Positions 23,385 through 34,188 of a DNA stretch of 64,000 nucleotides are shown here, piece by piece (position 1 is the stretch's first letter; the number at the start of each line of letters is the position of its first letter). Origin of the DNA: Hormiphora californensis (Eukaryota > Animalia > Ctenophora); NCBI GenBank assembly GCA_020137815.1, contig CM035356.1:7316001-7380000 (forward strand), given 5' to 3'. The notes under the pieces were generated by a model. That model saw only the letters and a program-made list of their open reading frames with translations. It did no database searches and was not told the DNA's origin. The translations under genes and the position numbers were made by a program.

Positions 23385-25068
23385 CTCTCTTTCTCTCTCT
23401 CTCGCTTTATTTTTATGTCTCTCCATTTTTAACAGGCCCATTGATTTTTCTTCAGAAGTAGTTGATCAAAATTTATGAACAAACTGATTTCTTGAAGAGT
23501 GGAGTGTCTGACAAACTAACTTTATCCTCGTCTCGTTCCAAAAGTTTCCACGAAATTAGATTTCTCATTTTCTGCATAAAGAGAAAATCTACCTGACTCC
23601 AAAAGCAATAATTGGCTAAGTTCCAACAGTCCTTTCGCACACATCCTTGTTATCTTTTATATTTTATTACCCCTTGTTTCTTTTTTTAACCCTTCTTAAA
23701 ACTGTCTAACCTTTACCCGGGTGTACCCTTATCTCTAACTCACCCTCTTTTCTTGCCTCGACTCTCTCTCTCTCCGCAACTCACAAATAAATGTAACCCA
23801 CCCGGCCCCCACCCTCCACTCCCTTGCCTTGCTCGACCCTGTTTCCCCGGGTTTTGAACAAAACAACCACTTCCCAGGTCTGGATCTGTATGGAAAAACT
23901 CGATACCTCCCTGTTCAACTTGTACCGATTTGTATACCAGAAGATGGGGACCAACATCCCGGAGAAAGCGATGGGAAAGATAGTTGTGTCAGTGGTTAAT
24001 GCTCTCAACTACCTGAAAGAAGGGGTAGGTAGACACGTGAAGTGATCTTTTTCTTTCTGGAGCTTTGAACAACTTCACGATCTGTGTGGTGGCAATGTCA
24101 CAGTCTCAAAAGTTACCGTGTTTTTCTTCTTCATGTGTTTTAGTTAGTTTTACAGACTCAAAAGCACTGTTACAAACATCTCAAAAAGCACTATTATAAC
24201 AAACATTTATCTTTTCAGATAAGCTATTTACACAGAGATGTGAAGCCAAGCAACATCCTGATAAATCGATTAGGACAGGTAATGTTATATCATGATTACT
24301 TCACCGATTAAATCATGTACAATGTTACATCATCCTTGATCAGATTACCACATTCCTAATTCCCAGGTTACATCTATTACCACATTCCTAATTCCCAGGT
24401 GAAATTGTGTGATTTCGGTATCAGTGGAAAGCTAGTGAACAGTATTGCACAGACTAAGGAGGTGGGGTGCAAACTATACATGGCACCAGAAAGGATAGAC
24501 CCCTCGTTAGGTGAGACACATGCTCTAAGAGCAGTGCTCTTCACACGACTTAATAATAATATCGATTAGATCGAACATACAAATCGAATCGATGTTATCG
24601 ATACTCTAATTTGTTAATAATTTGTATCATAGTCGGTAGTTTATTGACCCATCTCCTAGCCTCCGCCCTCCAGGCTTCGACAAACAGATGTTTATTCCAT
24701 CTAATAACCCGTATATATCTCCAGGCCGGGAAGGGTTTGGTGTGAGATCTGATATCTGGTCCCTTGGTATTACTGTGATAGAACTATCCACGGGAAAGTT
24801 TCCCTACCCGGAATGGAATAGCGTGTTCGATCAGCTGCAAGGTGTTGTAAAGGGTGACCCACCCCAACTACCCTCCGACCAGGGATTCTCTGAGAACTTC
24901 AGGGATTTCGTATTTAAGTGCCTACTCAAGGATGTCGATCAACGACCTAAGTACCAGCAACTACTGCAGCATCCCTTTATCTTGGAAAGTGAGGCGTGTA
25001 CCTTTGATCTGCCAGAGTGGGTTGCTATGGTGCTGAATCGGGCAGAAGAGATGGGTGAAAAGCTGTGA
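21410..25068 (+). CDS. MAP2K4: Dual-specificity MAP kinase kinase 4 (MKK4), ~8 exons
   Basis: N-terminal docking site [11 protein letters not shown]; [79 protein letters not shown] and [42 protein letters not shown]. Confidence 0.9.
22078..22183. mobile_element. ~105-bp MITE (GAACCGACCGAA...TCGGTCGGTTC); second copy at 42062-42170
   Basis: Two near-identical dispersed copies with short TIRs and an internal GATTGGCTGATAACCAGTCACGTGACC motif. Confidence 0.85.
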
Positions 25069-25708
25069 GAGTGAAGGAAGAGATGATGTGAAGAGACGCA
25101 GTGAGTGAGATTCAATGATACCCAGTGAGATAAGAGAGAGTGTTGTACAGGGTGTTGCTGAATTATTGGACCCTTTCATTTAGGTTCTCAACACGGCTTG
25201 AGCTAGGGAAATAACTAATATTGGGATTTCGCCAAGTGCAAGCGATTTTTTCTAAAAAAATGAAGAAATGAAAACAGAGCGACGATCACTGTGTTCATTG
25301 GGGCGTGGGCGACCGATTATCGTTTGACAAATTCGACCAGTAGATCGTAACACTAAAATAAATCGCTCAAGCCATATCATGACCAAAACAAAAGGGTTCA
25401 ATTTTCATGGGACACCCTGTACGATGTTTATTGTGTGCATTCCTATGTACATGTGGACTATTATAAACATTCGACCTAGAGGAAACATACACCCCTTGAA
25501 GCCCCGTTATACTAATCACCATTATATGTCATCACGTGTGACAATTTAGCAATAAAAAATAGATAATTAACAATGATTAAGTGTGATATACTAAGTGAAG
25601 GAAGATTCCCAGTGTACCTTTTTTTCTTTCCCGCGTTATACTATTTACCTGTTTTACCTGTTTTCTACCCCGTTTTATACAGGAGCGAGAGAGAGAAAGA
25701 TTAAGAAA

Positions 25709-25809
<101 letters not shown>

Positions 25810-26781
25810 CGAGAGAGAGAAAGATTAAGAAAGTAAGAGAGAGAGAAAAGAGAGAGAGATAGAGAGATTGATAAACGAGAAGTACAAGAGAAGAGCGTTT
25901 TTGTATCTTGCTGCTTTTTCCAACAATGTGTGTGTACGTATGATGTTTGTGTGAGCGTGTATAGAAATAATATGGAGCTAATAATTTCATTTTACATCCA
26001 TCATCATCACGTCGGGTAGGTACCCTTTCTAAAGCTCCTCCCTCTCTCTCCTAATATGTTTGTTTGTTACAAGTGCTATGTATGTGTGTACGTGATTCTG
26101 TGTATTTGGGGGACTACAATATATTAGCTGCTGTAAAAGGAGAGAAACACACTGGGTGAGAGATATGACTAGGAAACAAGCTAGGAATATAATGGAGTTT
26201 AGGAATATATCCATTCATTTATAAAGAAGGTGTGAAAATATTGGATTTATTGTATCGAGAGAGAGAGATATGCGGCAATTTGTACAAACTCTCCCTACAT
26301 GCAGTGTTATACTACTACCTCATTCTCATGTACACTTTATCAATCGTCTTTTATTGTCTCCCCCCCCCCCCCCGTCTTTATATCAGATCTGCGAACTGAT
26401 ATAAAGATGTCATTATATTAGTTTGTATAAGTGCTGAATGATTTCTATTCGCCCCGGGTGGTGCACCCTAAATACCTTCCCCGTTGCGATTTCTTAGCAC
26501 CTCCCGTTTATCTCCCCATTTCCTCCAGATATAGTATTATTTATCAGTAATCATTAAACCACCCGCGTCGCCCTTCTTAAGACTTAACTCTGACTTCACC
26601 CCAAGTCACCCCATCTCTCTCAGTGACCCCACCCCCTTGCGCGGCAGCACACTCCTGTGAGTGCGCGCCGCGCTGCCCAACCCTGGATAAAGCTCCCTAT
26701 TTCAGCAGTTCAAACTAGCAATAGGTACACTGTGTACACGAGTACATATCTCTCTCACACACATTTCCCATCTAGCCAGCC

Positions 26782-27900
26782 ATGGCCGATCCCTTATTTT
26801 CGGTCAAGACAGCCTTCTACATCGGGGCATACCGGCAATGTGTCAAAGAGGCTCAGAAATTACAGTTGGGAGATCAAGCCTTGGCCCTGGAATGTGATGT
26901 TTTGATGTACAGAGCTTATCTAGCTGAAGGTATAATAAGAGAAGAGAGCGATAGAAAGAGCGATAGAAAGAGACAGAGAGGAACTAATTTGTGTTTTCAT
27001 ATCCCTTTTTAATCATTCCCACATCCCCCAGGTAAATTCAACCTGGTGATTGGTGAAACAGAGAGCCGGCATGGACCCGAATTCAGGGCCCTAGTTATAC
27101 TTGCAAAGATTTTACAGAACCCCGCTGACAAGGATTCTATATGTGCTGAGGTGGGTTTAGTCATTTCAGAACTTACTACTAACAACATTTGAACCCCAAA
27201 TCCCTTGTTGACTTACAACATCTCTCTACCCCGATTCCCTCGTTGACTAACAACAACAATCCCCTAACATACCATCTCTACAGGTTGGTAACGTCCTTAA
27301 CGAAGGATCGGTCAGTGTCTGCCCTGATCTAGTTGCCCTGCTCTGTGCTAACATCTATCTCTCTGCTGGGGACTATGACAATGCACTACGAGTTGCTAAC
27401 TCCTGTGGTTCACTAGAGTGCTCTGCCCTTGCTCTTCAGACACTCCTCCAAATCAATAGGGTTGACATGGCAACCAAGGAATTCAAGAAAATTCAGGAAC
27501 GGGATGAAGATGCGACCTGTGTCACAACTTGCATTTGCAGCACTTAACTGTCTCGATCGGAGAGGCTAAGAGTGTCCAGACGGCAGTTTTACATTTACCA
27601 AGAGTTAGCGGATAAATTTGGCCCAACTCCAATTTTGTTAAACGGTCAGGCAGGTTTGCTTGTTAATGCAGAACAAGCCTGAACAAGCTGAGGATATTCT
27701 CCAGAAGGCACTGGATAAGGACAGTGGTCATCCGGAGACACTAGTTAATCTCTCTATTGTGTCCCAGATACTGGGTGCCAAGGAGAGTGCTAGGAGGTAT
27801 ATTAACCAGCTGAGAGATGCTCATCCCTACCCACCCACATGTCGTGAGGCTAGCAGATAGAGAGAAATTGTTTGATGAACTCGCTAGTGCCAGGAGTTAG
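26782..27900 (+). CDS. COPE: Coatomer subunit epsilon (3 exons; several apparent frameshifts in the last exon)
   Basis: MADPLFSVKTAFYIGAYRQCVKEA, DVLMYRAYLA, LLQINRVDMA...DEDAT, IYQELADKFGPTPILLNGQA and ALDKDSGHPETLVNL. The frame breaks repeatedly at ~27515-27660 and again near 27830-27850. Confidence 0.88.
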
Positions 27901-28406
27901 GGAGTGTGTGTGATTGTGTGATTGTTACAAATATATATTTGGGGGAATGAGAGAGAATGAATATATGGTATTGAGACAGTCTAATCTTGCATGCTAGACC
28001 ACCCACGTGTCAATGCCCTTTCTTTTTTCACGATCTTAGACACAGCGTAGTTTCATATCATTTTATTGCCACCCTTTGCTCTTTCGTGGCAAGGCGGAGT
28101 CTAAAACCATGGAAATTCACTAATCTGGTGTAGCTGAGGTTTGGGAGTTTCTTGTAACTACTCAGTAACTGGGATAAGAGAGAGAAGTATTGAGTGTAAA
28201 GTGAATTGTGTCTAATGCATGTGTATAAATCTTTGCAATTCGTTCAAGAAATATCTGACAAATTCTCCTGTTTTACTAGTCTCTCTCTGAGCTGTTCGGC
28301 GACCCCCCCCCCCCCAGTTGTTCTCTCACTAACCTACACTCCCTCTTCCGAAACAAACTATACCAACAACCATTCCTCATAACAACCTTTATATCCCAAA
28401 TAACCT

Positions 28407-28548
28407 CCCCCTCTTCTCTTCACAGCTCATGGTAACCCCAGTATAGAGTCTTAACATCCCCCTCTTCTCTTCACAGCTCATGGTAACCCCAGTATAGAGT
28501 CTTAACATCCCCCTCTTCTCTTCACAGCTCATGGTATCCCCAGTATAA
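28407..28548 (+). repeat. Three tandem 51-bp units, each an acceptor plus a short uORF (MVTPV*/MVSPV*), upstream of the DAXX start
   Basis: CCCCTCTTCTCTTCACAG-CTC-ATGGTA(A/T)CCCCAGTA-TAG/TAA occurs three times; the long ORF starts ATGGTAACTCCAGTGGAC at 28567. Confidence 0.85.
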
Positions 28549-28566
28549 GAGCCTACTACCGTTGCC

Positions 28567-31500
28567 ATGGTAACTCCAGTGGACAATGAGATATCACACT
28601 ACTTCAAGTCAGTTGAGGGGATTCTATCAGCCAACTTCCCCACTGCCTCGTCCGATATCCTGACAGTGATCACCTCACTATACCGGCAGTGTAATGTCCC
28701 CTCACACCGGGGGGAGCTGTTATACCTGCTAAAGAGTTTCCTGGAGCGGAACTTGTCGGATCTCACTGGAAACAACGAGCAGGAGGTGATGGGTAACAAG
28801 TTGAGGGAGCTAATGTACGGGATGAATGTACTTGTATTCTCAGTTAACAACGGTGGTATCACCACGGCAAATACCGCACATGACATCATGTCACCTCCAC
28901 ACAAACGGAGGAGAGTGGATATCCACCAGCGGATAGTAGGAACGCTTGCGGAGGTGGTCAAGAAACACTCCCAGGATGTGGAAATCCACGAGATACTCCA
29001 GATATTCACAACTGAGGTTACCACCATGGATATTCCTCACTCTGATGCAGTTGAGGTGGAGAGACATTGCTCACAGCTTCTCAAAGTGTCCTCTCCACTA
29101 CAGTTCCTTGTCGAGTTCCTGGACCTTCTCAGGATACCCTATTTCCGGGTTACGCGACCAGTTCTCCTCCGACCCACTGAGTGGTTCCTGGCACCCTATC
29201 AGATGATTCATTTCCCCCTCGCTGATTATACCAGATTAACATTGTTTAAAAAGATTTGTGGAGAGGTGCTACCCCGGTCCCTTGCTCATGCGCTGGGTCT
29301 GTTTATGGACAAATTTAGAAGGTTAGTTGTGTGTCATAAAAGTTGTAAACTTTCTCAGTAGAGACCTCATTTCTGTTTTGAAATTGATATTATAGTTAGT
29401 ATTATCCTGTCAGACCAAAGCTCTAACAAATTCTATTTTTCAGGGCCCCAAACCCCCAGAAGCAGATGATTCTAGATAGGATCGCATCCGTTGACCTTTC
29501 CCTATCACGGCTCCGTGACAAATCCTACGTTGCCTCTGTGTTTGCTGCATTTGGTGACTGTTTTGAGGTGTTTGTCAAATCCAAGGCTGGTTTACCCCTG
29601 GTGGGGAAAACGAAGGGTGCTGGTCCTGATAAAGGGAGGAAAAATGACGCACATAGTGAGTCCCGCAGGTTAGGGCAAATAATACTAATTGTAAATGATA
29701 CTTGTAAGTAGTAGCTGGACATCTATGTCGCTTTACACTGTGTCTCAGACTGTCTGCGCTCAGATCAGGACATGATGTAGTATAAACAATTCAAGAATAA
29801 ATGTATTACTTTTGCTAGTTTAGTGAATTCGTCATTGTTTACACACTCCTTTCTCTCAGGACGTCTACTCCGCCCGTTATTGATCTCACCGATACACCCC
29901 CTGATGAACACATCTCTCCCTCCCCTCCTTCTCCACCTTCCAAAGTTACTGCTAGCCACATGAACGCTACAACAGAAGGAAGTGATCAGCCAACTAGCAA
30001 TGTGACTCCTACTGAAGGGATCAGTGATCAGCCAACTGTGACACTGACTGCTGAAGAGGACTCCCAGAACTACTCACAGGATAGTGTGGTGTTTCTAGGA
30101 GAGGGTGGTGGAGGTGGGGACTGTGTGATAACCTCTGTAGTACCCTCTAATGTAAAGTATGTTGAGGTTGAGGTACCTAAAACCACTGCTGTTGTGGCGA
30201 AATTAGAGGAACAGCGGGATACTGAATTTGTTGCTGCGAAGTTAGAGGGACAAAAGGATACCGGTGGAATTTCAGCGAATTCTGTGGTTTTGAAGGGGCC
30301 AGGGGACGCTCTAGAGTGTAATGAATCGTTAGATAACTCTGATGGTGAAGGTGAACAAGATATTGGCAATGATCCAGTTGATGATCCAGTTGAGATTATG
30401 GAACACTCAGAACAAGATAATCAGGAAATAGCGAGCTCTGATACGAAACAGGAAATAGAGATCTCTGCTGATACGGAGCAGGAAATAACAGGGATACCCA
30501 ACAAAGAAGAAGAGAACAGTTCACCAGATGATTTGCAATTGGGGGCTGCTGCAGCAGTGGAGGACAGTTCACCAACATTAGATCTTGACGCTCCTATGGA
30601 AATAGGACGGAAGGAGGGTGAGGTCCAAATAGATGCAACACTTGATACTGTTCCAATAGATGCAACACTTGTTCCAATGGCAGCTGACTGTGATCATATT
30701 ACCCCTCCTCCCCCTCCTCGGATAGTAATAATCAATAGTGTGATGAGTTCCCAGGGTAACAGTTCACAGACACCACCTTACAACAGTCCCCCTCCTACTG
30801 GTGAACTACCTGTGACGTCACCAAATGAGACTATGACGTCACCAAAGACTCTCAAATCACCTGAAATCTCAATCAGCCCCAACCCTCCTGATTCAATAGG
30901 TCTTGAAACAGTCAGCCCCAACCCTCCTCCTCCTCCAGATGCAATTAAAACAATCAACTCTCCAGAATCCACCACATCTCCAAATATCACGGACACCCGG
31001 CCACGTCAGAAACAGAAATCAATCCACATCCGACCAGAACCTGCCACATCAACTCCTGTTACAACATCAACAACTCCTGCTCCGATTGAGGACCGTGGGA
31101 AAAGAAGAATTCTCCTACAACCAGCAGGCAGTGATCACCAGAAACCATCCAGCAGTGATCACCAGAAACCATCCAGCAGTGATCACCAGAAACCAGATAA
31201 CACCGAGTCAGGTAGTGAGGATGAAACCAAATCACAAAACAGGGGAGAGGAAGAAGAGGAAGAAGAGGAAGATCCTGATGTTGATGAGGAATCAGGGGAG
31301 TATCAGGAGAAGTTGAAAAGGATAGCTGCACTAACTAGGAAGTTAACAAAGATAGGAAGGAGAATCAGGGCGATCCAGGAGGCTGATATCGGAGTTGATG
31401 ATCTTGATAAATGGGGCAACCTCTACTTGCAGGTAATATACAGATATAGAGTATATCTCTCTACTCGACGGGTACTCGATTAGTAGAGATAAGAGGTATT

Positions 31501-33970
31501 CTTTTATTTTGGCTTCCACGTTAAAAACGTTATCCTTGTTACCATGCAGTGATTACTAAAACCCTAATCCACCAGGAGACGAAGTTGAAGAAGAAGCACA
31601 GGATTGTTCTAACTGAATTGGAGGATATCCAGGGATCTCTGGTGGATGTCCACTATGGATTTCGGGTTAAGGTTAAATGTGGAATTCCACAGTTATCTGA
31701 ATACTTGGAAACAAGATTAAACGCAAAACAGGTGACTGAAATCTTGGAACAAGAAATACCTTTTCACCCTGACCTTGTCCATCTAGATACATGTGATTCA
31801 CATGATGTGAATTCCACATGCTCCTGTCAGTGTTTCTTATTTATATTTTCCTCTCAGAAATTCCCTGATATCCAAGATATCCGGAAATTAATTGTCCGGG
31901 GATTACAGCACTGCCGGGTAAAGATGAAGGAGACTAAAATTGATGCCCTATCGAGACAGGTCCTACTAGATATTGGCTCACAGATCCAGCTGCATAGAAA
32001 AAACGAACTTCGGTATGTCCTGACATAATTCTCTTTTAGATCCCTTTCTCTCTCCCATCCCTCTCTATCCCATCCTCGCTCTCACCCTCTCTATCCCCTC
32101 TCTCTCCCCCTCTGCCTCTCCCCCATCCCCCGATCTCCCTATCCTGTCTCCCTCCCTCTCTCTCCTCCAGACTGGACGGTGGATTCCATCTGATGGACCG
32201 TGTTGACCTCACCGCTGACCCTGCCAAGCAGGACACAGAACTAAGGAAGAAACTAAACAGAAACAAAAAGGAAGCTGGCAGGAAACTACACTCAATCCAA
32301 ACTGAGTAAGCATTATATTTTACATTCTAAATGATATTTTTCGCAGGGGGGGGGGGGTTACTAGCCCCGATTTACCGGCCAAATTCCCCCGGTAGTATGT
32401 ATAGGAATTAGGGGATTAATGATACACATAGTTAAAAAACTTCTTAAAGTTAACCCAGAATATTATTTTTAATTTCCAAATATCTCGATTTTTTCTCATT
32501 TTGAAGGTTTTATAGTAAATTGCATTTGCTCTTTTTCTTTTTGGACTGAACTAGACTGGGCTGAGCTGCACTCTTATTTTTGGTTGCCCGGTATTCAGCG
32601 CCTATTTTAATTGCTTCTTCAAAAATCTCTGTAACTCCAATATCATCTTTGGACGAACACTCCATATAGCACGCTGCTCCGATCCTTGCTGCCAGGTGAC
32701 GACCCTCCTCAAAACTCACACTGTTCTCATCCCTCAAGTCCACCTTTGAACCCACCAATATCACAGGAATACCGGGGCAAATAAATTTTAATTCCGGTAA
32801 CCATTCAGTTACAATTTTGTCGAAGCTATCTCTGCAATTCACAGCAGTAAGCAGCAGGAAAACGTCGACTCCATAGTACGAATGAGGCTTTACTTGGAAA
32901 TGTTCACCTTCCCAAAGTTTCCAGGCATCCCCACCGAGTGTATCCCACTGGGCTTCCCAACTAGCCATGTTGTACTTTTGACCCTCACACTCAACATGTT
33001 TACGATTAAAGTTCATATACTCCATATAACGTGTGGTCCTATACATAACAGGTTCTTCCAAAACAATAGAAATGTGTTCCTCAGAAAATTCATTTTGGAA
33101 GTAGCGAATCAGCATACAGGACTTGCCCATACCATAGAATCCTATGACAAGAAACTTCAGAGATGGCCATTTTGAATAAGGTATCAGATAAGCCATCAGT
33201 TCTCTGTTCTATCGGAAGTGAACGGTTAGCTAAATAAAGATTAATTTATAATCTTGTTAGGGATATCGGTTAACGTGGATAACCCTGATAACTTACGGGG
33301 TTATCACGGCCTCACTCATGTCTCACTACCTGGATCCACTTCCAGAAGAGTTTCTGAGTTATTCGCGTTAACCGATATCCCCTTTTGCAATATCACGAGG
33401 GCACTGCAAATTGGAAGGCCGATCGAAAGCAGATAGGATGGGTATGAATGAGTTCTGAGAAAGAGGAAAAATAGAGGAGCTATTATATCTACCATTTGTT
33501 TACATAAAGTATCGTCCCTCCTAAAGAGTAAAGATAACATATTACTTCATTTTCTAATTTTCTTCCTTTACGTTCTTTTTTTAGAATCATGAGTCATCTA
33601 TGCAGTCCTATTGATATTGATACCAAGAGAAGTCGCGAATAAAAAGGCATCGTATCCATTATCCGGGTGATTGCCTTTGTTTAGCAAAACTTATAACATC
33701 TGTACCCTACTCAAATTTATCCCCCACAGGTTTGATGACCGGCAGTTTAAGAGAGAGTTACAGGATAGTCTTCTGTTTGATGATGATGCATCAGATGAGG
33801 GGGAGAAGAAAAAGGGGAAGTCTGATGAGGAGGGTGGTTCGGAGCAGAACACTGACTCTTCAGATACTGATGATGATGAGAAAGGAAGTGGTGTGATCAA
33901 TTCTGGTGTTGATCAAGAAATGAAGGAAGTAGAAATAAAGACATATCCAGAGCCAATTTTGATAGATTGA
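28567..33970 (+). CDS. DAXX: DAXX-like histone H3.3 chaperone (multi-exon)
   Basis: Histone-binding-domain matches: IRAIQEADIGVDDLDKWGNLYLQETKLKKK, FPDIQDI, DIGSQIQLHRKNE and DPAKQDTELRKKLNRNK. Acidic tail and a C-terminal SIM-like PEPILID*. The N-terminal exon assignment is less certain. Confidence 0.8.
32510..33196 (-). CDS. Intronless atypical Rho-family small GTPase nested in a DAXX intron
   Basis: G1 GFYGMGKS, G3 WDTLG, SYYGVDVFLL, EWLPELK..CPGIPVILVGSKVDLR, YMECSSK, and a polybasic stretch plus CAAX (KKKKSKCNLL). Confidence 0.9.
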   Translation of the reverse strand: MAYLIPYSKWPSLKFLVIGFYGMGKSCMLIRYFQNEFSEEHISIVLEEPVMYRTTRYMEYMNFNRKHVECEGQKYNMASWEAQWDTLGGDAWKLWEGEHFQVKPHSYYGVDVFLLLTAVNCRDSFDKIVTEWLPELKFICPGIPVILVGSKVDLRDENSVSFEEGRHLAARIGAACYMECSSKDDIGVTEIFEEAIKIGAEYRATKNKSAAQPSLVQSKKKKSKCNLL

Positions 33971-34188
33971 TTTTAATAATTTGACCAGATGCAACGCGTC
34001 ACACAGTTGTTTTAACCAATAAATGTTTTTATATGACTTTTTATTTCCACAATATATATTTTTCGCTGCCATGTTACTCGTTTTGTTGTACGTTATTAAC
34101 ATTATTTAATTAATTAATGAATTAATTAACAAATTATAACTTTCAAAACTACTCTCTAATTGTAGCGATGAAGGATAGATAGTACAGA

